Shown here piece after piece: positions 10,626 through 19,935 of a stretch of 48,308 bases of DNA. Under the pieces are notes generated by a model that worked only from the letters and a program-made list of their open reading frames with translations, was not told the origin of the DNA and searched no databases. The translations under genes were made by a program, and so were the position numbers. Within the stretch, counting starts at the first letter, position 1, and every line of letters starts with the position of its first letter. Source of the DNA: Colwellia polaris (lineage in GTDB: Archaea > Nanohalarchaeota > Nanosalinia > Nanosalinales > Nanosalinaceae); contig JBLGBK010000005.1 in the NCBI GenBank assembly GCA_047617785.1, positions 1 to 48,308 of the forward strand, read 5' to 3'.

Positions 10626-10810
10626 TTTTTGTGTTCAACTCCGTTTTAAAGTGTTATAGTGAAAGATTTAGCTCTTCTAAGCTTCTAATCTAGAATCTTG
10701 GTTACTTAGCAAGTTTTTCTTATCTAGTTGGAGAGTTATCGCTGTCTAACCTGTATTAGTTTACAGGCTTTAACTGTTTTTTGGGAAAGACCAAGGTCTT
10801 CCTCTGCAGC

Positions 10811-11149
10811 TTACTCTGTTGAAACGCTGCTACAGATGTCCAGTATCTCTTCTACGTCTTTATCTTCCAGCTTAACTCGTTCTTTTGAAAACATTGTGTT
10901 TACTGTGGAAGGTTGTTCTGGCATTACTTCTAGGATCTTGTAGATGTGTTTTTGCTTTAAAGCATCTACCTCTGCCAGTTCATCGTTCAGTTCCTTTAGA
11001 GTATCAACATCTTCTATTTCGATGTTACGTGTCAGATTCTCTAGAGCAATCTTCTGCTCGTGAGTCAGTTCTTCATCTGCTTCTTCCTTTTCTTTTAGTT
11101 CATCTAGGATTTCTGCAGGGTAGACGTATTCTTCGTCTGTTATCTCCAC
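10811..11149 (-). CDS. rpo4: RNA polymerase subunit Rpo4 (F)
   Basis: Size, ELTHEQKIALE, KILEVMP; follows rpl21e; GTG start with AGGTGA SD. Confidence 0.88.
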   Translation of the reverse strand: MEITDEEYVYPAEILDELKEKEEADEELTHEQKIALENLTRNIEIEDVDTLKELNDELAEVDALKQKHIYKILEVMPEQPSTVNTMFSKERVKLEDKDVEEILDICSSVSTE

Positions 11150-11152
11150 TTT

Positions 11153-11443
11153 TTATTCACCTGTTTCCTTTAGGTGTACTGCTGGGATGTATAGTTTCTT
11201 GGACTGTTTTCCGTCCTGGATTGTTACTTCGTAGCTTTCTCCTTGCATTCCTGTTACTTCTCCTGTCTGTCCGTGGAATCTCATGTGTGGTCGGGATTCT
11301 TGGACCGAAGGATTGACTTTGATAAGTACTCTTTCGCCTTCTTCAAAGTCTTTAAGCTGTTCGTTTACTGTTGTTTTCGCTCTGTTCTCTTTGGAGAGCT
11401 TGCTACGTGCTCCGTGTTGTGGACCTCTAGATTTCTCTGCCAT
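11153..11443 (-). CDS. rpl21e: 50S ribosomal protein L21e
   Basis: PSVQESRPHMRFHGQTG, PAVHLK. Confidence 0.97.
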   Translation of the reverse strand: MAEKSRGPQHGARSKLSKENRAKTTVNEQLKDFEEGERVLIKVNPSVQESRPHMRFHGQTGEVTGMQGESYEVTIQDGKQSKKLYIPAVHLKETGE

Positions 11444-11517
11444 TTTTCAATTGACGCCTCGTTATATAAGCAGATTGTAAAGTTGAATCTTTTAAACACT
11501 TACCAACTAACCGGGTC

Positions 11518-12390
11518 TCACCGGTATTCCTCCGTCAGAGCCTCAAGTCGTTTAAGCACATTATAGTCAAGCTTCACCTTTCCAATGTTAAACTTATCAG
11601 ATTCAGATCCGTGACAGTCGCTTCCTCCTGTCGGTATCAAATCGTACATTTCTGCTATCTTGTTTGCGTATACTTCTGTGAAAAACACCTTATAGCTAGG
11701 TAGCTGTATCTTCTGTCGATAGGAATACTCTACCTCTATACCGTCAAGATCATCCTTTACAAGTTTCCCAATCTTCTCAACCGCTTCCTCTTTCTTCAGG
11801 CTTCTACCTGGATGCGCAAGTACCGCCACACCGCCGCTTTCATGCACTGCCTTTATAGCATCATGAGCAGGGATTTTCTCAACTTCAACATAAGCATCTG
11901 AATCAGAGCCTATCAACTCATTGAACGCCTGCTCCATATCCTCGGCAATGTTGTTTTCTACAAGAACCTGTGCTAGATGTGGGCGGCCAGGAATAGTTTC
12001 CTCTTTACTGAGAACATTTTCAATCTGTATGTTTTCCTCGAGCTCTCCGTTCAGGTTCCGAACCATTTCTTTCATCCGGCTAATTCTTTTTTCTGAAAGC
12101 GTGTCGAAAAGCTGGTTTATCGCTGAGCTCTTGGGATCGACAAAGTATCCTAGTATCTCTATCTTGATCCCATCAATTTCACATTTGATTTCTGCACCAG
12201 TTATGACTTCTATGTCATTTTCTGCCGTAAATTTTCGTTCATCAAGTTCTTCGCTTATGTTGTCGTGATCTGTTATAGCTATCGCGTTCAGGCCATGTTC
12301 TTCTGCCTGCCTTATTCTTTGTTGTACCGTATCCGTTCCATCGCTTGCGACCGTGTGGATGTGAAGGTCTGTAGATTTGCTAGAAGTCAT
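11518..12390 (-). CDS. PHP-domain phosphoesterase (TrpH/YciV-like)
   Basis: DLHIHTVASDG, AITDHD, GRPHLA, LAHP, GGSDCHG. Confidence 0.93.
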   Translation of the reverse strand: MTSSKSTDLHIHTVASDGTDTVQQRIRQAEEHGLNAIAITDHDNISEELDERKFTAENDIEVITGAEIKCEIDGIKIEILGYFVDPKSSAINQLFDTLSEKRISRMKEMVRNLNGELEENIQIENVLSKEETIPGRPHLAQVLVENNIAEDMEQAFNELIGSDSDAYVEVEKIPAHDAIKAVHESGGVAVLAHPGRSLKKEEAVEKIGKLVKDDLDGIEVEYSYRQKIQLPSYKVFFTEVYANKIAEMYDLIPTGGSDCHGSESDKFNIGKVKLDYNVLKRLEALTEEYR

Positions 12391-12429
12391 AGAAAGTAAA
12401 TTAGTAAGAAATGTTGAAATAGGTCTGCT

Positions 12430-13686
12430 TTATTCGTTTCCAACCTTCTCAACCCAGGTGATATCCAGTTCCAAGCATTCACAATTCGTACCGAGGGTTT
12501 CGGAAACATTCGGCTGCGTGCGGCCATCGTCACCATGAATTAGTTCTTTGATGTATGTGCCTGCTTCAGCTCTAACGTAGAGATATAATGTATTCTCATC
12601 TATAACTTCATAGTCTATTTTGTGTACTTTACGTTCTCTTATCTTGTCTGCTCTACGGTGCTTGACTCTTTCAGGCGTCTCCTGTTCGATAACCTGTTCA
12701 AGGTCCTTAAGCTTCTCTAGATCTTCTTCAGCGACAGGTTCTTCAGTCCGAACCTTTGCACGGTACTCTTTCTTAGTTCGTGTCTCCTTGATTTCCTCGA
12801 CTTTATCCTTGTAGGTTTCCTCTAGTTCGAAGATCTCCACTTTGTCGCTGGACTCATTAACCTCTTTCTGAAGTTCTTCTACATCTAGGTCTCTGTTCAG
12901 TGGTTCGATCAGTTCAAGTACGAACTCTCTTTTACCAAGACATTTTGCATCAACGTCTTCTCTTCCGTTTCCGTGGAACTTTGCCTCTATAGCGTTTGAT
13001 TCGCGGATAAACGGATCTTGAATCTCTTCCTGAACACTGGTTGGGTACTGTTTTCCTGTCCAGTCACATTCATCGCATCCTGAGCCTCTACATTTTCTGC
13101 AGTGCCATTCTGTCTGGGGTATCTCACGACTGTATTTGTTGTATTGTGCGTAGAAGAGAATAGAGTTAACCTGTAGTTCGACTCTTTCTTTGCCTTCACG
13201 CATGTCGATAACGGCCATTATGTCGGCACGTTCGAAGTCAACCAAGATATCCAGCCTATCTTCAATTTTCTTTCCGATCAGTCGGGAAAGTTCGGTCTTA
13301 ATAGGTTCTGTGAACTGGATTCCGTAGTCCTCCCAAAGATCCTCTTCCGATCGTACAACGTCTTCTGGAGGCCGGATGCCGACTAAGAATGTTTCGAGCT
13401 GGTAACGGTCAAATGAGTCGATCACCATGCCGGTGTAATGGTCAAGTTCGTTGAACACTCCCTGACAGATCTGACATTCTCCACCTTCACTGGCTTCTTC
13501 AGGAACCTTCTCTGGATCGAAGCTTTCTTCACTGAGTTCTTCTAGAGCGGTTTTTCGGATGATTGCTGCTCTTTCGTAATTTTCGAGTCCGTGGCCGAGC
13601 TGTGCGAACTGTCTTCCAAGACAATGATTGCATAGGTCTTTCTGTAGAAGTGCTTCGGCTTTCTCCCGGATTTCTTGCTGTTTCAT
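12430..13686 (-). CDS. pus10: tRNA pseudouridine(54/55) synthase Pus10
   Basis: CNHCLGR, YNKYSREIPQT, GREDVDA, QETPERV, GTYIKELIHGDDGRT. Confidence 0.96.
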   Translation of the reverse strand: MKQQEIREKAEALLQKDLCNHCLGRQFAQLGHGLENYERAAIIRKTALEELSEESFDPEKVPEEASEGGECQICQGVFNELDHYTGMVIDSFDRYQLETFLVGIRPPEDVVRSEEDLWEDYGIQFTEPIKTELSRLIGKKIEDRLDILVDFERADIMAVIDMREGKERVELQVNSILFYAQYNKYSREIPQTEWHCRKCRGSGCDECDWTGKQYPTSVQEEIQDPFIRESNAIEAKFHGNGREDVDAKCLGKREFVLELIEPLNRDLDVEELQKEVNESSDKVEIFELEETYKDKVEEIKETRTKKEYRAKVRTEEPVAEEDLEKLKDLEQVIEQETPERVKHRRADKIRERKVHKIDYEVIDENTLYLYVRAEAGTYIKELIHGDDGRTQPNVSETLGTNCECLELDITWVEKVGNE

Positions 13687-13730
13687 AACGTCTTTCGGTT
13701 AGACGAATTTTAAAAAGGGGAGAGAAAAGT

Positions 13731-15167
13731 TTATTTCTGAAGCGATTCAATGAACCGTTTGTATATCTCGCTACGCAGTTCTTCCGCTTCCTGAGTATCC
13801 ATGTCCGGTACGTGTGGGTAGCTGATGACCGAACCTGCAGTGTCAAGCAGCAGCGTAGATTGATTCCAACGCTTCTGCAGGATTGTCTGATTCTGCATCA
13901 GATTCTGTACGCGGAAGTATGGTACTACGTATGTTTGGCGTTTCCAGAAGCCTTTGCGTGTGAAGAAATGATCTTCTGCCAAGTGATAGCCGATATTCTT
14001 CCATTTAAGGTTTGCTGCTTTCCTTGAGGATACTAGCACTATTGCTGCAGGGATGTAGACTTGCCATGAGAGCTGTGTAAATTGTGTTGCAATAAATCCT
14101 GCTACTGCAAGTGCGCCGCCCACAAGGAGGTATCTATGGAAGTAACGCTGTTCAGCCTTTTGATTTATGCTCTGTAATTGTGGTTCTGTGTATCCTCCAA
14201 TCTCGCGAGCGAATTTCTCGATTTCTGGTCTCTTGGCTAATGGTATTACTGTTTCTTTTCCTGTATCTATTTCTCTCTGATCGCCGGATGCTGCGTAGCC
14301 TGCGGTTTCTACCTGTAGGGAGGCGTAGTTGAAGTAGCGCTGGATGAAGTTCTCTTCTATTATGACATCCTGAATTTTTTCCTCTGGTATTGTACCTGAG
14401 GCGCGGTTGAAGAGGCCGCGTTCGTATTCCAGTGCATTATCGTGGAAGTAGAGCTTGAAGTCGAAGAACTTTGCGAATGTTGAGAAAGTGCTTGCTGCCC
14501 AGAAAGCTACTAGCACGAAAGCTGCTATAATCATGCCGATAGCTAGCTGAACTGTGCTTCCTCCATCGATCTGTAGACCAGCTGATCCTGCAACTATTGA
14601 TACAACGGCTATCAGCCCTCCTGCAATTCGCTGATCTATGGATGCAAGGCTGAGAATACCGAGATCTTTATTTGATAATGCGAAGTCTTCGCGCTTTTCT
14701 CCTTCTTTCTCGGGTTCTGTGGTTTTCCTCCTGTTTTTGAGTTCTCTTACCTGCTTCTGCATTTCCTTGGCTTTTTCATAAGTCATATATTTGAGAGCAG
14801 CTTCTGTTTTGCTGCCTCCTGCTGTTTCCACGTTTACTTCAGCTATTCCGATTACTCTCTGCAGTATGTTGCGGTTTACGTCGACGTTCTGTATTCTTTT
14901 AAGCGGGATATCTCTGTCGTTCTTCGTTATAACTCCTGAAAGAATCTTCAAGCCGTCTTCCTCTATACTGTATTCAAAGTTTCTCCAGTAGAGGTATTCA
15001 TAGGCCATGAGAAGGAAAACAGATAGTGATACAAGCAGTAGAAAGCCTACGATTATGATTGGTTCTGCGGTTGTCAAGCTCTGAAGAGAGGTAAATACTA
15101 GGAATACTAGTATTGTAAAGACCTTTTTCAGGGCTCTATAAGGAATGGATAGCTTGGATAGTTTCAT
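13731..15167 (-). CDS. YdbT-like membrane protein with bacterial PH (bPH_2) domains
   Basis: Three TM-pair plus bPH_2 units (IPLKRIQNV..ETAG; IPEEKIQDV..ETAG; VPYFRVQN..DTAG). Confidence 0.88.
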   Translation of the reverse strand: MKLSKLSIPYRALKKVFTILVFLVFTSLQSLTTAEPIIIVGFLLLVSLSVFLLMAYEYLYWRNFEYSIEEDGLKILSGVITKNDRDIPLKRIQNVDVNRNILQRVIGIAEVNVETAGGSKTEAALKYMTYEKAKEMQKQVRELKNRRKTTEPEKEGEKREDFALSNKDLGILSLASIDQRIAGGLIAVVSIVAGSAGLQIDGGSTVQLAIGMIIAAFVLVAFWAASTFSTFAKFFDFKLYFHDNALEYERGLFNRASGTIPEEKIQDVIIEENFIQRYFNYASLQVETAGYAASGDQREIDTGKETVIPLAKRPEIEKFAREIGGYTEPQLQSINQKAEQRYFHRYLLVGGALAVAGFIATQFTQLSWQVYIPAAIVLVSSRKAANLKWKNIGYHLAEDHFFTRKGFWKRQTYVVPYFRVQNLMQNQTILQKRWNQSTLLLDTAGSVISYPHVPDMDTQEAEELRSEIYKRFIESLQK

Positions 15168-15628
15168 ACTGCGTCGAAACCTTTCTCGGAGTTGATTGCT
15201 GAGTCACGTAGTTTTTTCTGAAGCTGTGATGCTTCCTCTCTTTCAAGTCCTGGAACCTTGATGTCGGCTCCTTTGGATCCAGCGGTGTAGACGCGGAGCG
15301 TTGAAAGTCCGAGTAAGCGGTCGATTGGTCCTCTGTCGGTGTCGATGTGCTGCACCCTTACGTATGGCACCATAGAGTAAACTTTCTTGATGACGCCGTG
15401 TTCGATGTATAGGTGATCATCTCTGACTTCAAATCCCCAGTTGCCGTATCTTTTGATTCCGTACCATGCACCTATTATAGTTAGAACAGGGATCATTGCT
15501 AGAACTATTATACCGTTTCTGAATGTGTATAGAGCACCTGAAAGTATTACTCCTGCAAATGTGGAGATTACTACTGCCTGGAGAACCCAGAACCATTTTA
15601 TCTTGTTATTAAGTTTATTCAAGGACAT
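15164..15628 (-). CDS. YdbS-like membrane protein (single bPH_2 domain)
   Basis: 2 TM, VPYVRVQHIDTDRGPIDRLLGL..TAG; ATGA overlap with the ydbT-like gene. Confidence 0.88.
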   Translation of the reverse strand: MSLNKLNNKIKWFWVLQAVVISTFAGVILSGALYTFRNGIIVLAMIPVLTIIGAWYGIKRYGNWGFEVRDDHLYIEHGVIKKVYSMVPYVRVQHIDTDRGPIDRLLGLSTLRVYTAGSKGADIKVPGLEREEASQLQKKLRDSAINSEKGFDAV

Positions 15629-15643
15629 TATACTGAATTAAGT

Positions 15644-16213
15644 TTATCCACTGTTTTTAATCTGTTCGGCATCAAAAATCCGTTCTTCAATCGTTCTCAG
15701 CTCATTCTCTTCCAGTTCGAGTATTTTAACTGCTATTCCTCCTTCTTCTACCTTTACAATCATCATCGTAGGATTAGATTCACGTGCTGTACCTCCACCA
15801 GCGCCAGTACAACTTCCGGGATTCAATAGTAGTTTTCCTTCTTCAAGTTCGATATCTCCTTGATGCGAGTGGCCATGAATTAGTATCTGCGCGTCAAGAT
15901 CTTCTTCAACTATTTTAACTAGAGTAGGCGTATGTGCTCGTGGCGTAATACCTGTGCCATGATATACTCCGAAACTAAATCCCTCATAACCGAATGTTTT
16001 CGATTGTTCTAATTCATCAGCTTCGAAGAAGTCACAGTTACCCTTTACCCCATAAAAATCGTTTGCATAGGTCTGTAAGGCGTTGAATGTTTCTTCACGA
16101 TCATAATCGCCGGCGTGTACAGTTATATCGGCTTCCTCTATTTTTTCCCAGAATTTTTCTGGTATCTCATCTGCGCGCGTAGGAATATGTGAGTCAGATA
16201 CTACTGCTATCAT
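15644..16213 (-). CDS. YfcE/MJ0936/Vps29-like metallophosphoesterase
   Basis: SDSH, HAGD, GNCD, HG, GHSH, NPGS. Confidence 0.92.
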   Translation of the reverse strand: MIAVVSDSHIPTRADEIPEKFWEKIEEADITVHAGDYDREETFNALQTYANDFYGVKGNCDFFEADELEQSKTFGYEGFSFGVYHGTGITPRAHTPTLVKIVEEDLDAQILIHGHSHQGDIELEEGKLLLNPGSCTGAGGGTARESNPTMMIVKVEEGGIAVKILELEENELRTIEERIFDAEQIKNSG

Positions 16214-16227
16214 TTTTGTTCAACCCT

Positions 16228-17526
16228 CTATAGACCAAGGTTTTGCATCATGCTTTGCATGTTGCCTCCTCCTCTCTTCATATCTCCCTTATCGAACTTG
16301 TCCATCATGTTCTTGGTCTGACGGTAGTGCTTGATCAGTTCCTGCACCTCTTCAACAGATGTTCCACTACCTTCTGCTATCCTGTCTTTATTTGATCGCT
16401 TCATGATCGATGGGTCTTTCTTTTCTTCCGGAGTCATAGAGTTCATTATCACCTGATAGGTCTCTGCTTTACCTTCAGTCATATCTGAGAGGTTATCAGG
16501 CATCTGTCCTCCGCCGATCGGCAGTTGTTTCATCAAGTCTTCCATCATACCTGTTTCTGTAACCTGTGCAATCTGCTGCTGAAAGTCCTCAAGAGTGAAA
16601 TCTCCTTCAAGTAGCTCCTCTGGATCTGTATCCATCTGCTCGACTTTCTCAAGAAGAGACTCCAGATCAGGTTGTCCAATTATCTCTGATACGTATTTGA
16701 CTGGGTCGTAGACTTCCAGATCGCTCATTTCTTCTCCATTTCCGATAAACTTAACCTGTGCTCCTGTCTGTCTACATGCTACAAGTGCTCCCCCTCCTTT
16801 TGCTGAGGAGTCGAGCTTTGTCATTATTACTCCAGTGATGTCGACTGCTTCGTCAAAGTTCTGTGCCTGATCTTTTGCTGATTGTCCGATGTCGCCAGGC
16901 ATTACAAGATATTTTTCTTCTGGCTGTAAAACGTCCTTTACGCGTGCCAGCTCAACCTTCAAATCTTGGTTGAGTGAGTCTCGTCCCGCTGAGTCAACTA
17001 TGATTACGTCGGCCTCCATCTGTTCTAGGCCGTTTTCTACAATTTCACTTGGATCCTCTGTTTCTTTTTCTCCGTAGAATTCTGCTTCGACGTCTTCTGC
17101 GATCTGTCTGAGCTGTTCGTGTGCTGCAGGTCTGTCTGTGTCTGCTGCGATTACTCCTGTTTTAAGGCCGCGTTTTCTGTAGTAATCTGCTAGTTTTCCT
17201 GCTGTAGTGGTTTTTCCTGCTCCGTATAGTCCGCAGAGAAGTATTTTCTGCGGTTCAACTTCGATCTCTGGTTTTTCTCCCAGCAGGTCTTCCAGTTTGT
17301 TATATATTATTTCGAGTACGTGTTCCTTTCGTGTTAGACCGCTTGGTTTTTCTTCATTAAGTGCTTCTTCTCGTATGTCATCGCTGAGTTCGGATACAAG
17401 TTCTATGTCTACGTCTGCCTGTATGAGGTCTCTCTGTATGTCTTTGACTAGTTCTTCTACTGCTTCCTTGTCTGCTACATCTTTCCGGGAGAATTTCTGT
17501 ATAGAGTCTTTTATACGGTCGAACAT
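16228..17526 (-). CDS. srp54: Signal recognition particle protein SRP54
   Basis: GLYGAGKTT, DSAGR, TKLDSSAKGGG, Met-rich M domain with RIAEGSG. Confidence 0.97.
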   Translation of the reverse strand: MFDRIKDSIQKFSRKDVADKEAVEELVKDIQRDLIQADVDIELVSELSDDIREEALNEEKPSGLTRKEHVLEIIYNKLEDLLGEKPEIEVEPQKILLCGLYGAGKTTTAGKLADYYRKRGLKTGVIAADTDRPAAHEQLRQIAEDVEAEFYGEKETEDPSEIVENGLEQMEADVIIVDSAGRDSLNQDLKVELARVKDVLQPEEKYLVMPGDIGQSAKDQAQNFDEAVDITGVIMTKLDSSAKGGGALVACRQTGAQVKFIGNGEEMSDLEVYDPVKYVSEIIGQPDLESLLEKVEQMDTDPEELLEGDFTLEDFQQQIAQVTETGMMEDLMKQLPIGGGQMPDNLSDMTEGKAETYQVIMNSMTPEEKKDPSIMKRSNKDRIAEGSGTSVEEVQELIKHYRQTKNMMDKFDKGDMKRGGGNMQSMMQNLGL

Positions 17527-17578
17527 CGGCCTAAGAATTTATTTGGTGGGTGAAAGTTTTTATGGTAACCCTGATAGC

Positions 17579-17920
17579 TTATGCTGCGCTCCAGTATCTC
17601 AGGAATATGAAACCAAAAACCATTGAGATAAGTGAGAGGCCTAGTGCCTGCCATTTTGCAGCTCCAAAAGCTGTTCCCGTGTAGTTGAGATAGATCAGAG
17701 CTGTTACGAATGTTCCTATGCTTATTGCAAAAGGGTTTATGAATAAGGATAGATTTTCCCATGCTCTTACCGGATTTATTAGAAACCGGTCTACGATAAA
17801 TATTGCGAGTAAAAAAGCTAGTGCTGCCGAGATCAGGTTTCCTGTTTTTCTGTAAACCTGTAAAGCCAGCGGTAGCCCGGCGAGAAGGGCTTCTAGTATG
17901 ATTTCGTAGAGTCTTTTCAT
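17579..17920 (-). CDS. Small hypothetical membrane protein (about 4 TM)
   Basis: Almost entirely hydrophobic 113-aa ORF. Confidence 0.7.
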   Translation of the reverse strand: MKRLYEIILEALLAGLPLALQVYRKTGNLISAALAFLLAIFIVDRFLINPVRAWENLSLFINPFAISIGTFVTALIYLNYTGTAFGAAKWQALGLSLISMVFGFIFLRYWSAA

Positions 17921-17995
17921 GACCAGTTTTTCTGTTTTACCTAGTTAGAAGTGGTTAAAGTGTTTTAAGACTTTGTAGTCATACTCTGTCTTGTT

Positions 17996-18826
17996 ATGGA
18001 TTTCTCAGTTAGGAGAATCGGAGAGGAGAACATGCATTTTTTCGAGTCAGAGAAACAGTCCTCTGTCCAGCTAGTATTCCTTCCAGGAGGGTTAAATCCT
18101 GAGATATGGAGGAATCAGTATAGATACTTCTCAAGAGAGTTCAGAACAGTTTGTTTCCAGCCAACTGAAAGCTTCAGAGATTATGAAGGCGAAAAATCTG
18201 CTCTGAAGAATGTTTTAGATCTTGAAAGACTTGATAACATAGTAATTGTTTCAAACCTGTTTGGAAACAGTTTAGCACTTGAATTTGAAGATCATGAATC
18301 AGTTGAAGCGCTTGTAATGACTTCTGCCTTCAAAGGAGTAGATTCTCTTCCACCTAGACTGATATATAACCAAGGATGGCGTACGTTTACCAATCATCCA
18401 AAGCTTCTGAAGAAGTACTTTTTCTCAGACAATACTGATTTTAAGGTGGTTAAAGAGTTTGCAGAGATCTTAGAGAAGCCAGAATACCTAGATGCGCATA
18501 GTTTCGTGGAAAACTATCGGTTCAGTCGACCGGTTAAGAAGTCTTTGGTAGTACATTCTGATGAAGATCGTTTTTCATCTATCGACTTCGCTAGAGAGCT
18601 TGATCGTCCGAATATAAGCCGACTTAGCTCTGCAGGAGGTTTTCCTTTCTTTGAAAAGCCTGAGGAATACAACAAGGTGCTTCATGATTTCCTACGTAGC
18701 TTGAGACAGGATAAGAAGAGAGAGGAGTTGGAGAAGGTTAAACAGAATAACTCTTCGCTAACAGATTTTACAAGAAAAAAGCGTAAAACGAGAAAAATGG
18801 AGAAGAAGGTGAAGAAAACAGTATGA
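17996..18826 (+). CDS. Alpha/beta-hydrolase-fold protein, apparently catalytically degenerate
   Basis: LVFLPGG, W..Q, VVHSDED, AGGFPFFEKPEEYN layout; no GxSxG and no catalytic His. Confidence 0.72.
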   Translation: MDFSVRRIGEENMHFFESEKQSSVQLVFLPGGLNPEIWRNQYRYFSREFRTVCFQPTESFRDYEGEKSALKNVLDLERLDNIVIVSNLFGNSLALEFEDHESVEALVMTSAFKGVDSLPPRLIYNQGWRTFTNHPKLLKKYFFSDNTDFKVVKEFAEILEKPEYLDAHSFVENYRFSRPVKKSLVVHSDEDRFSSIDFARELDRPNISRLSSAGGFPFFEKPEEYNKVLHDFLRSLRQDKKREELEKVKQNNSSLTDFTRKKRKTRKMEKKVKKTV

Positions 18827-19392
18827 AATTCGCAGGTTTAATACTAAAGGACAATATCGAAGAGGACAGCATACTGGTCGTTGCAGGACCGGAAGAGACC
18901 AAGAAATGGCGTCTTAAAACCAATCAAGAGATAGTTGAAGCTCTTGAAGATGAAGATGTTGAAATCCTTGCCGCAAATGTTGGAATGAAGCAAGGACGTG
19001 AGGAGTTCACGAAAAAGGAGGAGGAGCTGAAAGATGAGGGATACAGTTTCATACCTTCTGGCCACCAGGTAAAGAAGATGAAGAGGCTTGAAAGCCTTGG
19101 AGCACACCTGGAAAAAGAAATAGGGGTTACTGCGCCAGATATTATCCGATTCAACAGGTTTATCAGCGCAGAGGAACTTGCAATCCATGATGATGAGGCG
19201 CTGGAGAGTCTTGGTTTTGATACCTCAGAAATTGAAAGCAGTGATGAGTTTGACGCTATGCTTGGAGCAGTTACCGCTCGTTACTATGAACAGGGAGATT
19301 TCCGAGATCTGGGGATCATCGTCCCTGGCGAGGAGTCAGAGCAGAAAGAAGAAGACACTCCGAAGGACCCTAGAGAGGAGCCGAAAAGTTAA
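18823..19392 (+). CDS. Divergent DUF429-like (RNase H-fold) protein
   Basis: C-terminal DEFDAMLGAVTARYY..G..IIVP resembles DUF429; ATGA overlap. Confidence 0.55.
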   Translation: MKFAGLILKDNIEEDSILVVAGPEETKKWRLKTNQEIVEALEDEDVEILAANVGMKQGREEFTKKEEELKDEGYSFIPSGHQVKKMKRLESLGAHLEKEIGVTAPDIIRFNRFISAEELAIHDDEALESLGFDTSEIESSDEFDAMLGAVTARYYEQGDFRDLGIIVPGEESEQKEEDTPKDPREEPKS

Positions 19393-19440
19393 AAAGAGTT
19401 TTATGATTAATTGGTAAGTACAGAGGTTTAAAATTGAATT

Positions 19441-19773
19441 ATGGGGATGGAAAAATTCTATTCAACGGTAAGAGGCAAACTAGGCCTGGAAAAAGAGCAA
19501 CTCAAGGACGAAATGAAAGAAGAAGTAACTGAAGAACTCAGACAGGAGTTCGGTGAGGAGATTTCCTACATCGAAGCACAGATGAAGGAATACGAACAGC
19601 TAGTAGCTGAGGTAAATCACCTTCTGGCAAAGATGAGAAAACAACGTGTTCAGTCAGGGGACAACAGAGTAAAGATGAGCGAAGATGAAGACCTTGAACC
19701 GCTCAAGTCCAAGCTGCAGAAACTAGAGAAGTCTATGCAGAAACGACTTGACGAACAGAAAGCCTATAGCTAG
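19441..19773 (+). CDS. Hypothetical coiled-coil protein
   Basis: E/K-rich helical 110-aa ORF; TTTAAA box just upstream. Confidence 0.7.
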   Translation: MGMEKFYSTVRGKLGLEKEQLKDEMKEEVTEELRQEFGEEISYIEAQMKEYEQLVAEVNHLLAKMRKQRVQSGDNRVKMSEDEDLEPLKSKLQKLEKSMQKRLDEQKAYS

Positions 19774-19785
19774 CATATTTACATC

Positions 19786-19831
19786 TTTCCAGTGGCAGGT
19801 TCAAGCCGCTCGCTCGTCCTGTCGCTGGAAA
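19786..19831 (+). other. 14-bp stem-loop downstream of the 19441-19773 gene
   Basis: TTTCCAGTGGCAGG (19786-19799) pairs with CCTGTCGCTGGAAA (19818-19831), with two G-U pairs on the + strand. Confidence 0.6.
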
Positions 19832-19935
19832 AGAATAGATTTTTATTACAGAAGTTTACTGCATAAACGAATACGAGATTCTTATACCTGATGAAGCAAC
19901 AGCATTTTTAATCAAATAAAAAGTCAGACCGCTTA

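Noticed and set aside
19888-19910. CTGATGA resembling a hammerhead core or C/D box
   Set aside because: No GAAA partner or flanking stems, and no convincing matching box
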